Shown here piece after piece: positions 9,903-18,941 of a DNA stretch of 64,000 nucleotides. Both the position numbers and the translations under genes were made by a program. Source of the stretch: Infirmifilum sp. (GTDB lineage: Archaea; Thermoproteota; Thermoprotei; Thermofilales; Thermofilaceae). Location of the stretch: contig JBEULP010000117.1 in NCBI GenBank assembly GCA_041287245.1, forward strand, positions 64,001-128,000, written 5' to 3'. Numbering within the stretch: the first letter of the stretch is position 1; each line of letters starts with the position of its first letter. Under the pieces are notes generated by a model that was not told where the DNA came from, searched no databases, and saw nothing but the letters and a program-made list of their open reading frames with translations.

Positions 9903-10403
9903 ATGCGTATCGCGGTAATATCCGACTCGCATGACCACCTAGAAGCCTTAAACAACTTTATCACCAAAGTAAAGGGGGAAGTAGAAGTTATTATCCACGC
10001 GGGAGACATAGTCTCGCCTTTTGCCCTTAGAGCTCTCAGAGGCTTCAAGGTCTATGCTGTCTTCGGCAACAATGATGGTGAAAAACTACTCTTGAAGAAA
10101 ACCGCTGATGAACTAGGGATAGTACTAGAGGAACCCCCTCTTTTCCTCACACTAGAGGATAAAAAGATAGCCGTTATACATGGAGCATCTACCCCAGATA
10201 AAACCGAACTCTTAGTACAGGCACTTGCACAAAGCGGGCTATTCCATCTGGTTATATATGGTCACACACATAAGGCTGACGTAAGAAAGATCAAAGACAC
10301 TCTCATTGTAAACCCTGGCACTATCTCAGGTTATCTCGCGCCGACGAGAACTTTTGCCGTAGTAGACCTGGACAGCATGCATGTAGATCTCGTTGAGGTG
10401 TAG
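9903..10403 (+). CDS. Metallophosphoesterase, YfcE/MJ0936 family
   Basis: ISDSHD, HAGD, GNND, IHG, YGHTH, NPG motifs; start ATG 9903. Confidence 0.9.
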   Translation: MRIAVISDSHDHLEALNNFITKVKGEVEVIIHAGDIVSPFALRALRGFKVYAVFGNNDGEKLLLKKTADELGIVLEEPPLFLTLEDKKIAVIHGASTPDKTELLVQALAQSGLFHLVIYGHTHKADVRKIKDTLIVNPGTISGYLAPTRTFAVVDLDSMHVDLVEV

Positions 10404-10408
10404 TTTTC

Positions 10409-11284
10409 TTGAATAATTTCCAGTTGCTCTCAGCAGCCCGTGAAGCCGCAAGGCGCGGTGGCGACGCAGCCATAGCAGCGCTTCGCCAAGGCGTTGCAGG
10501 CAGGGTTGTTGGGAAAGGCAAGGGAGGCGACTTTTCAATCCAAGGGGATGTAGACTCGGAGAAAAATATCATTGAAAGCCTAGTGACAAGCATTGGTGAG
10601 CTTAAGGTTGTGACAGAAGAAGCAGGCGAGAGAATATATGGGGAAAATCCTGAATACACAGCAATCATAGACCCAATTGATGGGAGTCGAAACTATAAGC
10701 GTGGGCTCCCATTCTTCTCAGTCTCGATAGCCATTGCTAGAGGAGAAACTTTGGAAGATGTTATAGCAGCAGTAGTCTATGCTCCCCTACTAGGCATGGA
10801 GTTTTCAGCAATCAAGGGTCAAGGCGCTTTTCTGAATAATGCCCCAATTCGCGTAACCACACATGAAACGGTAGAGGGGGGTCTCATCTTTGTAGGCGCC
10901 TCTCCAAAAGCCGTTTTTTTACCTCAACTATATATCCTGCACCTCGTATCAAAAGGAGGAATCGTCAGGAGCCTTGGAAGTGCAAGCCTTGAACTAGCTT
11001 TCGTAGCATCGGGCGGTGCCGACGGCTATATCGACTACTGGGGGACTATGAGGGTAATCGATATAGCCGCTGCTTTCCTCATAGCACGAGAAGCCGGCGC
11101 ATGGGTGAAGCTCAAGGGAATCATTAAGGACAAGGCGGAGCTCTCTCTTAAAGAGAGATTGTTCATACTGGCATCTGCCACCCCGAAACTAGCGGCTGAG
11201 CTAGAAGAGATTTACCATGAAACCTTGGGGTTGAAACCCGAAGATCTGTTCCCGGTGAGTTTGCCACATGAAACCCAGGGTTGA
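10409..11284 (+). CDS. suhB: Inositol monophosphatase / FBPase family protein
   Basis: VTEE, IDPIDGSRNY, RSLGSASLELA, DIAAAFLIAREAG. Confidence 0.88.
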   Translation: MNNFQLLSAAREAARRGGDAAIAALRQGVAGRVVGKGKGGDFSIQGDVDSEKNIIESLVTSIGELKVVTEEAGERIYGENPEYTAIIDPIDGSRNYKRGLPFFSVSIAIARGETLEDVIAAVVYAPLLGMEFSAIKGQGAFLNNAPIRVTTHETVEGGLIFVGASPKAVFLPQLYILHLVSKGGIVRSLGSASLELAFVASGGADGYIDYWGTMRVIDIAAAFLIAREAGAWVKLKGIIKDKAELSLKERLFILASATPKLAAELEEIYHETLGLKPEDLFPVSLPHETQG

Positions 11285-12008
11285 CGCTCACGTCCATCTT
11301 TACGAGTTTAAGCCTGAGGAACTCGAGTCTTTGATGAATAACAACATAATCATGGTCACTGTAGCAGAGGATTATGAGTCTTCCCTTAAAAACATCGAAT
11401 TAAAGGATACCTACCCCTCAAATGTGAAGGCATGTATAGGTTTGCATCCTTGGAAGATAAAGGAAGATGCTGAGATAAAGAGACAGGTTGATCTTCTCTG
11501 GGACCTGGCACGGGAAGCCGATTGTATAGGCGAGGTGGGATTAGACAAAAAATTTGTCCCATCAACTTTCCATATTCAACAGCAAGTTTTCCGGGAAATC
11601 CTAGACATCGCCTTAAAAGCCAGGTTACCTTTAAATATTCATGCCGCCGGGGCGTGGCGCGAGACTTTCGAGATTGTTGTAGCGGGAAAAATCGAGAAGG
11701 CACTTTTCCACTGGTACACGGGACCTCTTGATATTCTCGTGAAAATATTTGAGAAAGGCTATATGGTAAGCGTTAATGCAGCTGCTAGAATACAGGAGAA
11801 ATCCAGGAGAATAGCGGCCCTTATACCTTTTCATCTCCTTTTAACTGAAAGCGACGGACCCTACAACTATAGGGGCATGAATCTTTCTCCTCAGCTTATA
11901 CCCGAATTAACAAATCTTTTAGCTAGCATCAGAGGAGTCAGCGAGGACTATATCATCGAGAATGTATACAATAACCTCGGGAGATATTTGGGATTCAAGC
12001 AAGGGTAA
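11268..12008 (+). CDS. tatD: TatD-family nuclease
   Basis: DAHVH, IGLHPW, IGEVGLD, LNIH, FHWYTG, LTESDGP. Confidence 0.9.
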   Translation: MKPRVDAHVHLYEFKPEELESLMNNNIIMVTVAEDYESSLKNIELKDTYPSNVKACIGLHPWKIKEDAEIKRQVDLLWDLAREADCIGEVGLDKKFVPSTFHIQQQVFREILDIALKARLPLNIHAAGAWRETFEIVVAGKIEKALFHWYTGPLDILVKIFEKGYMVSVNAAARIQEKSRRIAALIPFHLLLTESDGPYNYRGMNLSPQLIPELTNLLASIRGVSEDYIIENVYNNLGRYLGFKQG

Positions 12009-12028
12009 ATGCTCCTTTAAACCTGTGT

Positions 12029-12083
12029 TTTCAGCCGGTTTGGTACTCATCACCAATCAGTGTCGCGCAGCGCTCATCAGCAA
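12029..12083 (-). ncRNA. Box C/D guide sRNA
   Basis: Minus strand reads CTGATGA (C, 12080-12074), GCGCTGCGCGACA, CTGA (D', 12060-12057), TTG, GTGATGA (C', 12053-12047), GTACCAAACCGG, CTGA (D, 12034-12031); canonical spacing; intergenic. Confidence 0.9.
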
Positions 12084-12138
12084 CTTTGATACACACAGGA
12101 AGTATAAGATTTTTATTCCACGTGAGAGGCTTCAATGT

Positions 12139-12918
12139 GTGAAAATTGTAGACTACAGGGGGTATAGACTTTATATCTACCGGGAGGTCAGGCTTCGGAA
12201 GGGTATACTTGTGCAGGGACTGCCGGGAATAGGTCTTGTAGGAAAGATTGCAGTGGATTATATAGTAGATACGTTAGGTCTTGAGAAAATCGCTGAACTG
12301 TTTGGGCCGGGATTATTACTACCTATAGGAAACGCAGGAGTTTTTGTAGATAATACCGGTAATCTACAACTTCCCTCGTATAGGTTTTATCTCTACTCTA
12401 ATGCTTCACAGGACGTTCTTTTCCTTACCAGTGAAGTGCAGCCGGCAAGCTGGGCACAGTTTGAGGTTGCTGAAGCGGTGCTAGAGTATTTTCAATCCAT
12501 TGGGGGTGAAACTGTGATAAGCGTATGCGGTACAAGTGTTGAGGAGCCGAAAATAGAAGTGGTGTATGCCCTGGCGCGGAGCCAGAGAGAGAAAGAGTTG
12601 GAGGATCTAGGATTGAAAAAGAGCGCTGGTGGAACAATAACAGGTGCCTGCGGTTTAACTCCGGCGCTAGCGGCTTTAAGGGGGCTTGAAGGTGTTGTCA
12701 TCATGGGTAGCACTGCTACGCCCGAGCCAAACCTAGAGAGCTCCAGAGAAATTATAAAGGTGGTCTCAAGGCTGCTTAAAATAGAAATCAGTCTTGAAGG
12801 ACTTGACAAAATGATCAAGGAGCAACAATTAAAAAGAGAGGAGCTAGAAAGAGAATTGGAGGAAGCTGCGGAGAAAGCCCAGGAGAAAAAGGAAGGGCTT
12901 CCCAGCTGGTATGTTTAA
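12139..12918 (+). CDS. PAC2-family proteasome assembly chaperone-like protein
   Basis: ILVQGLPGIGLVGKIAVDYI, GGTITGACGL, PEPNLESS; likely GTG start at 12139 (track extension runs through the sRNA). Confidence 0.85.
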   Translation: MKIVDYRGYRLYIYREVRLRKGILVQGLPGIGLVGKIAVDYIVDTLGLEKIAELFGPGLLLPIGNAGVFVDNTGNLQLPSYRFYLYSNASQDVLFLTSEVQPASWAQFEVAEAVLEYFQSIGGETVISVCGTSVEEPKIEVVYALARSQREKELEDLGLKKSAGGTITGACGLTPALAALRGLEGVVIMGSTATPEPNLESSREIIKVVSRLLKIEISLEGLDKMIKEQQLKREELERELEEAAEKAQEKKEGLPSWYV

Positions 12919-12921
12919 ACT

Positions 12922-13224
12922 TTACTCGATGACTTCCCAGTCCTCCTCAATAATTTCGCCTTCTACTAGGGCTTCGAACTTTTTCCAAAGTTCTTCTAAG
13001 TAATCATCTTTAATGGTAGAATCCATTAATCTGCGCCAGTCACCCCAGTCGTTAAAGAGGTAGATTTCCAGGATTTCTATGTTACCTTCATCTTCGTGGA
13101 TAAGCATGTACTTCTGGAAAACCGGTGAATAGGATTTCATTCTTTTATCGATCTCTTCGATCACTTTGAACATCTGTTCAACATTATCTACACGCACTTT
13201 ATAGCGAAACGTCTTAGAGTACAC
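12922..13224 (-). CDS. Small hypothetical protein (possible ferredoxin-like dimeric alpha/beta barrel)
   Basis: 100-aa ORF filling the gap between convergent genes; NIPSNAP/ABM-like pattern by eye. Confidence 0.6.
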   Translation of the reverse strand: MYSKTFRYKVRVDNVEQMFKVIEEIDKRMKSYSPVFQKYMLIHEDEGNIEILEIYLFNDWGDWRRLMDSTIKDDYLEELWKKFEALVEGEIIEEDWEVIE

Positions 13225-13286
13225 GCTTAGCTAAGCGTAAATGATATAAATAATATATGCTCACCTAGATAAAATAGTGAGTATGG

Positions 13287-14201
13287 TTGCCGCCGCGTAG
13301 AGAACTGCTGTTACTTCCTCTTGTAACTCTGGCAATTCTTTTTTCATCCTATGGTGGGGAAAGAAAAGTTGTTTTTCCGGGAGTGAACGAGGAAGACGCT
13401 TTTGCTCTAATCTTTCTGGCGTTTATCTCTTTTCTAGCAATAAACATTATCCTTATGCGGCATGAGATCGCTGACATTATTAAAGAACTGCTCAGGAGCG
13501 ATAAGGAGGAGTTAACAGGTCAACGCCGCAACTTTTTGCTCTCATTTATCTTCAACCTAATAATCCTGTTAGTTTTGTTTCTTCTTGTTAGCAGAAACAA
13601 ACCCTCCCCGCCTCTTGAGAACTACTCTCAATCTCTTCAAGTTTACAACGGTACTTTCATGAACACGTCTGCCCGACCTGAGGCTGTTCAGCCTCTCATT
13701 CTGGCTCATCAGACCAGCGGCGGGGAAGGCCTGCTCTATCACTACACTCCTGTTATAATACTTCTGATCTCTACGATAGTCGTCTTCTCTCTTATACTAG
13801 CCTTTCATGAGAAAACAGATGCCTCCGCAATTGATAGTTCTCATTCTTTTCAATCACAGCTGCTACGCGAGACGACCATTGCACTGGGACAATTAAAGGC
13901 CAACATGGATATAAGAGCCACCATCATAGAGTTGTATACTTCTTTTTGCCGTGAACTAACCAAGAGGCGGCTACGCATAGGGGGTGAAATGACAGCTAGA
14001 GAAATAATGAACGAAACCATGATGTTAATCCCCTCTATTCCGAGAAAGCCCCTTGAGGATCTCACATACCTTTTTGAGAAGGCGCTCTACAGCAATCACC
14101 CGCTCCTAACAGATGACAAGATTAAGGCTGAAAATGCCTTAACAGAGATTATCGTTTCGCTTAAAAATGCGTCGAGGAGTGAAGAGCTTGAAGAGGGTTA
14201 A
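13287..14201 (+). CDS. DUF4129-domain membrane protein
   Basis: Several TM helices; C-terminal IIELY..FC...MTARE...LTYLFEKALYS; MoxR neighbourhood. Confidence 0.75.
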   Translation: MPPRRELLLLPLVTLAILFSSYGGERKVVFPGVNEEDAFALIFLAFISFLAINIILMRHEIADIIKELLRSDKEELTGQRRNFLLSFIFNLIILLVLFLLVSRNKPSPPLENYSQSLQVYNGTFMNTSARPEAVQPLILAHQTSGGEGLLYHYTPVIILLISTIVVFSLILAFHEKTDASAIDSSHSFQSQLLRETTIALGQLKANMDIRATIIELYTSFCRELTKRRLRIGGEMTAREIMNETMMLIPSIPRKPLEDLTYLFEKALYSNHPLLTDDKIKAENALTEIIVSLKNASRSEELEEG

Positions 14202-14490
14202 AGTCTTCTACATCCTGTTGTCTCTCTTAGCTGTTGCTTCAGCTTTAACCTACGATGTGCTAGGAATCTTATTCTTCTGGACAATAGCATGGATTTCGCT
14301 TGTCGCGTTAGCATTACTTTTCTTGGTTGAAGCATATGGTCGAAGGCTTCCGGCACACAGACCCAGCCCCAAGACGGAGGAAGAAGAATATGAAGGGCTA
14401 TTAGAAGAGACGCGTAAAAAAATAGCCAGCGGTAATAAAGTCGGTATCGAGGAATTAGAGAAACGGATTTTCTACTTTTCGTCTGAGTAG
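14167..14490 (+). CDS. Small membrane protein
   Basis: Two TM helices and a charged tail; overlaps the preceding gene; exact start uncertain. Confidence 0.6.
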   Translation: MRRGVKSLKRVKVFYILLSLLAVASALTYDVLGILFFWTIAWISLVALALLFLVEAYGRRLPAHRPSPKTEEEEYEGLLEETRKKIASGNKVGIEELEKRIFYFSSE

Positions 14491-14658
14491 ACTTGTTCTT
14501 CACAGGTGCCCGGCACGCGTTGCTACCGCCAAGGAACTAAAATAAGCTTATGAGTTCAGTTTCATTCTCGGCGCTTGCGTCCGCAAGTCCCTGTGGGTGT
14601 TTTTTGTAACACGGGATGCTATTAGGTTTATATTTATCAGGTACCTGATGGAAAGTGC

Positions 14659-15603
14659 ATGAGTGAGTCATTGTTTAACAATCTATATGAGGAACTCTCA
14701 AAGGCTATTGTGGGGAAAAAGGATGTTATAGATAAAGTTCTCGTGGCATTTCTCTCTCAAGGCCACCTGTTAATCGAGGATTACCCCGGAATGGCTAAAA
14801 CTCTTCTTGCCTCGTCTTTTGCGACCGCTTTAGACCTTGACTTCAGAAGAGTTCAATTTACTCCTGACCTCCTACCCTCGGATATAACCGGCGGATACTA
14901 CTGGGATGTTAAGGACGGAGAGTTTAAGCTTAGAAAAGGTCCTATTTTTACTAATATTCTCCTAGCAGACGAGATAAACAGGGCTCCACCTAAGACTCAG
15001 AGCGCATTATTAGAGGCGATGCAGGAAAGACAGGTCACCATAGACGGTAATACAATACCGTTAAACCAGCCATTCATGGTAATAGCCACTCTCAATCCAA
15101 TTGAATATGAAGGTACATATCCCCTGCCCGAGGCTCAGCTTGATCGTTTTCTTATAAAAACAAGAATAGGCTACCCGAGTTTTCTAGAGGAGAAGCAGAT
15201 TCTCAAGAAAAGGATTGAAAGAAAGTCTGACAAACCGAGGATAAACAAGGTGATATCACGTGAGGAGATATTATTTTTACAGAGGAAAATAGAGGACGTT
15301 TACGTTGACGACTCTATAATCGAGTACATTATACAGATAGTTTCGAAAACACGAGAGGCGAGAGAGGTCGAGGTGGGCGTCAGCCCACGAGGCTCTGAGG
15401 CTCTTATGAAAGCTTCGCGCGCTTTAGCCTTTATAAGGGGGAGAGACTATGTTATTCCAGACGACGTGAAGGAGCTGGCTGTTCCAGTTTTATCCCATAG
15501 GCTAGTCTTAAAGGTTGAAAGTGTTGTGAAAGGGTCGACGGCGGAAGATATAGTAAGGGAGGTTCTCAAGAAGGTAGAGGTTCCTCGAGGAGTTAGGGGT
15601 TAG
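14659..15603 (+). CDS. moxR: MoxR-family AAA+ ATPase
   Basis: HLLIEDYPGMAKT, RVQFTPDLLPSDITG, LLADEINRAPPKTQSALLEAMQE, YPLPEAQLDRF. Confidence 0.95.
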   Translation: MSESLFNNLYEELSKAIVGKKDVIDKVLVAFLSQGHLLIEDYPGMAKTLLASSFATALDLDFRRVQFTPDLLPSDITGGYYWDVKDGEFKLRKGPIFTNILLADEINRAPPKTQSALLEAMQERQVTIDGNTIPLNQPFMVIATLNPIEYEGTYPLPEAQLDRFLIKTRIGYPSFLEEKQILKKRIERKSDKPRINKVISREEILFLQRKIEDVYVDDSIIEYIIQIVSKTREAREVEVGVSPRGSEALMKASRALAFIRGRDYVIPDDVKELAVPVLSHRLVLKVESVVKGSTAEDIVREVLKKVEVPRGVRG

Positions 15604-15605
15604 GA

Positions 15606-16823
15606 GTGCTTACAACTAAGGGATGGATCACTGTCGTCACAATCCTTGTTGTTTTTGCAGTAGGACTTATACTCCAAAGGTGGTTTCTACTTTTATTCGA
15701 TTTGCCCCTGCTTTACACCGTGTTACTGAGTCTTTCATATTTACCTGCTTCTCCTAGCGAAATAGAAGTTAACCGCTATATCGAGAAAAGACGTTTTATT
15801 GAGGGGGACGAGCTGAGTGTGACTATTCAATTCAAGAACAAATCCGAAAAAACCGTTATTCTAGCTATTTCTGAAAAATTGGAGCCACCCTTAGAGGTAG
15901 TGTCAGGAGATACACGAGGTATGTTTGTGCTCAAACCAGGTGAGGAACAAAGCCTAAAGTACAAGGTACGTTCCAGTAAGAGAGGGCATTATAGCCTGGG
16001 ACCGACACTAGTCGAAGCCTTTGAACCATTTATGCTGCAGAAAAAAAGTCTTGTCTCTCTACCTCCTGACGAGATAGTTTTCCTCCCTATGATATTAAGA
16101 AAATACCGCTTAAGCCTAAAGGCCAGTTATACTCTTCCCCGTCACGGAGAAATAGCCTCGAGAAGACAGGGGGAAGGCGGTGACTTTCTCGAGATTAGGG
16201 AAGCACAAGAAATCATCCTTAGGCGTGTAAATTGGAAAGCTACGGCGAAAACTCAGCGATGGATGATAAACGCATTCGAGGGCGAGAGGCTTACAAGTGT
16301 CCTGGTAGTGTTAGATGTTAGTGGTAAAAGGCTTCTAGGAGAGAAAATAGACGAGTACATTGATGATATAGTTCGAGTAGCCGCATCAATTGTCTATACT
16401 CTTATAAATGCCGGGAACCGAGTTTCTCTGTTGATAGTGGGAAATTACCGGGATTGGATAAAACCAGGCTCAGGGAAGAGGCATGCCCTTTGGCTACTCT
16501 CATCCCTTGCTGACGTCAGGTTTCTGCCGACTAGACAAATAGTCGAGTATGAGGAGGTTTTCAAGCGGATTTCACTACTTATTTCTCCAAAAGGATCCTC
16601 TGTTGTAATTGTCTCATCTTTTACTGAAAAGGATATATTTAAAGTAATAGAAGTCGCTGAGAGAATGGGTTACTCGCTTACCTGTGTTGCCGTGAATCCG
16701 TTTCACAAGCGGTTGCTGAAAGACGAGGCCTTATATGGGCTTCTTGCGACAGCATGGAAGCAAGGTATTGTGAGAATTCTCCCGTCGCGAGGACGTAAGG
16801 TTATATTGGTGGAGCCTCAATGA
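15606..16823 (+). CDS. DUF58 / vWA-like MoxR partner
   Basis: N-terminal TMs, RGHYSLGP, DFLEIRE...RRVNWKATAK, VVLDVS; 2 bp after moxR. Confidence 0.85.
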   Translation: MLTTKGWITVVTILVVFAVGLILQRWFLLLFDLPLLYTVLLSLSYLPASPSEIEVNRYIEKRRFIEGDELSVTIQFKNKSEKTVILAISEKLEPPLEVVSGDTRGMFVLKPGEEQSLKYKVRSSKRGHYSLGPTLVEAFEPFMLQKKSLVSLPPDEIVFLPMILRKYRLSLKASYTLPRHGEIASRRQGEGGDFLEIREAQEIILRRVNWKATAKTQRWMINAFEGERLTSVLVVLDVSGKRLLGEKIDEYIDDIVRVAASIVYTLINAGNRVSLLIVGNYRDWIKPGSGKRHALWLLSSLADVRFLPTRQIVEYEEVFKRISLLISPKGSSVVIVSSFTEKDIFKVIEVAERMGYSLTCVAVNPFHKRLLKDEALYGLLATAWKQGIVRILPSRGRKVILVEPQ

Positions 16824-17311
16824 TAAATGAGAAACTCCTGGTTGTTCTGCTCGCAGGGTTTAGCTTGATACCTGTTTTAGCCCTTAGCCTACCAATGTTA
16901 CTTAAAACCACCCTGTTTTTTATGATCCTTTTAACAATAATAGGTTACCTGAATTCCAGAGAACTTATAATTGAGGTCGGCTTCTTTACGAGTTATATTT
17001 TAATACTTTTGTACGCTGCCTACGACGCAACTCTTCTACTTCTAGCCGTCCTAACCGCAACATATCTACTTGTAATACGTGATGCTCTACATATCCTGAG
17101 AATGGGAAAAGTGGCTGGAGCATGGTATATCGTAGGGTGGTATCTTCCTATTTATGCAACCTCTCTAGCCATAATATTCACTTATTACAACTTCAGGTTC
17201 GCGATACCAAGAATGTCGGCAACTCTGCTTGTTCTTTCCGCGCTACTTATATTGCTCATAATTGCCCTTTTCCTGAACCTTTCAAGAGAAAATACTTCTC
17301 AATCGCATTGA
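16820..17311 (+). CDS. Hypothetical polytopic membrane protein
   Basis: Almost entirely hydrophobic; ATGA overlap with DUF58. Confidence 0.7.
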   Translation: MINEKLLVVLLAGFSLIPVLALSLPMLLKTTLFFMILLTIIGYLNSRELIIEVGFFTSYILILLYAAYDATLLLLAVLTATYLLVIRDALHILRMGKVAGAWYIVGWYLPIYATSLAIIFTYYNFRFAIPRMSATLLVLSALLILLIIALFLNLSRENTSQSH

Positions 17312-17921
17312 AAACTTTCGGCACAACCGCCTCTGCTTGCTCGTTTGCCTCTATTATGATGAGACGTTTTCGTTCCTCGTAGAAACGTATAATTGGAGTA
17401 AACTGCTGTTGAAATATTTCAAGCCTTTGTTTAACTACTTCCGGCCTATCATCTTTACGTAGAATTAAAGGTCCACCGCACCTATCACAGACACCTGGAA
17501 CCTTTGGGGGCATATATTTGACATGATAAATCGCGCCGCAAACTGAACACACCCTTCTCCCACTCACTCTCTCAATTATAACATCCTCTCGTGCAACAAA
17601 GTCTAATACCAGGTCAGGACGGGCAAATTCTTCTAACGCTTCGGCCTGGGCGAGCGTTCTTGGAAACCCATCCAAGATAAATCCTTTCTTACAGTCCTCC
17701 TCTTGTAACCTCCTCTTAATAACCTCGATAACCAAGTCATCCGGAACAAGAAGTCCCCTATCCATGTATTCCTTTACCTTAACTCCAAGCTCTGAACCCT
17801 TCTTAACCTCTTCGCGAAAAATATCTCCCGTTGATATGTGGGGAATACCATACTTTTCCTTCACAGCTTGCGCGTAAGTTCCCTTCCCCACACCGGGGGG
17901 TCCTATAAATACAAGTCTCAT
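17256..17921 (-). CDS. adk: Adenylate kinase, bacterial-type with zinc lid
   Basis: GPPGVGKGT, HISTGD, GFILDGFPRT, lid CSVC...CDRC, RKDD; start ATG 17921. Confidence 0.93.
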   Translation of the reverse strand: MRLVFIGPPGVGKGTYAQAVKEKYGIPHISTGDIFREEVKKGSELGVKVKEYMDRGLLVPDDLVIEVIKRRLQEEDCKKGFILDGFPRTLAQAEALEEFARPDLVLDFVAREDVIIERVSGRRVCSVCGAIYHVKYMPPKVPGVCDRCGGPLILRKDDRPEVVKQRLEIFQQQFTPIIRFYEERKRLIIIEANEQAEAVVPKVFNAIEKYFLLKGSGKGQL

Positions 17922-18110
17922 GCCCAAACCCCGTTTTATACTCAAGCTGATTTCCTCAAAAAACATTAAAGCCTTTCGGATCACTTTTAGCACACGACGC
18001 TTGATTCTCTCAACCATTAGCTCCCAAAGTCTTTGTATCTTCTAAAAAAGCTTCTAAAAAAGAATAGACCTTACAAGGAGAATATTGAAAAACTTGTTGT
18101 GCTTAACTAT

Positions 18111-18740
18111 CTAAACTGACCATGACGCAACCACGTATACATCGTTATCAGCGACAATCTCATCGGGTGCTACATTATAGCCGTACCGCAATGTGAAGCC
18201 TGGATTAGCATCGATATCGGGTCCCCCAGCAGCAAGATAAGAAGCCCAGGTTAGCTCGCTACAGTAATAACTAGATCCATAAACTTGTTTTCCGCCAGGG
18301 TATACGAGATAGCCATAGTCGTAGGGTTTCCCAACTTGAGCAAGTGCAAACTGAATAGCTTTCTGTCTAACAGAGTCAGTTGTTTTTACTCGAATTAATG
18401 CTACAGCAACCCTATCATTTAACGCTTCAATCAAATTTTGGATCGTGACACCATAATCTGGTGTGGCGTGAACAATCTCTCCATTACCTAGGTATATAGC
18501 AACGTGATGCCAATACCCAGCTATATTTAACAGTTTAGATGTGCCGCGGAAAACAATCAGGTCTCCAGGTCTCGCTAGAGTCGTAATTTGTTTGTACAGA
18601 TACGTTGGATCTAATGTGCCGGTTGAGCTACTGCTAGATGAAGAGCTAAGTGCATAACTCATGGGTAAGCTGGAAATAATAGCGATAGAAAGAACACTAA
18701 TTAGCCAAGGTAAATAACCTTTTTGTTTCGTTGGCGCCAC
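18111..18740 (-). CDS. Secreted permuted NlpC/P60 (YiiX/YebB-like) papain-fold enzyme
   Basis: PGDLIVF, WHHVAIY (His) precedes GKPYD and YYCSEL (Cys); signal peptide plus poly-Ser linker; probable GTG start at 18740. Confidence 0.85.
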   Translation of the reverse strand: MAPTKQKGYLPWLISVLSIAIISSLPMSYALSSSSSSSSTGTLDPTYLYKQITTLARPGDLIVFRGTSKLLNIAGYWHHVAIYLGNGEIVHATPDYGVTIQNLIEALNDRVAVALIRVKTTDSVRQKAIQFALAQVGKPYDYGYLVYPGGKQVYGSSYYCSELTWASYLAAGGPDIDANPGFTLRYGYNVAPDEIVADNDVYVVASWSV

Positions 18741-18941
18741 CGTATATATTTCAAACAAATAAAATATAAATTTTTTGCAGACAGATTATATATAAAACCA
18801 ATGTTTTTTAAGCTCAAGTTTCCAACAACATCGGCTTCCTAGAATTCAGGTGGGTTCTAAACGGGGGCTTCTATACTTATTTCAGTTCCTATCGAAAACT
18901 TTATCAAAGCCTGCCCGAGAAATTAGGATGGCGCGCAACAA

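Noticed and set aside
11962..12138. Track N-terminal extension of PAC2 (similar extensions on alba, adk, SWIM, HD, Lrp and TFS)
   Set aside because: They overlap promoters, neighbouring genes or the sRNA; downstream starts match the family N-termini
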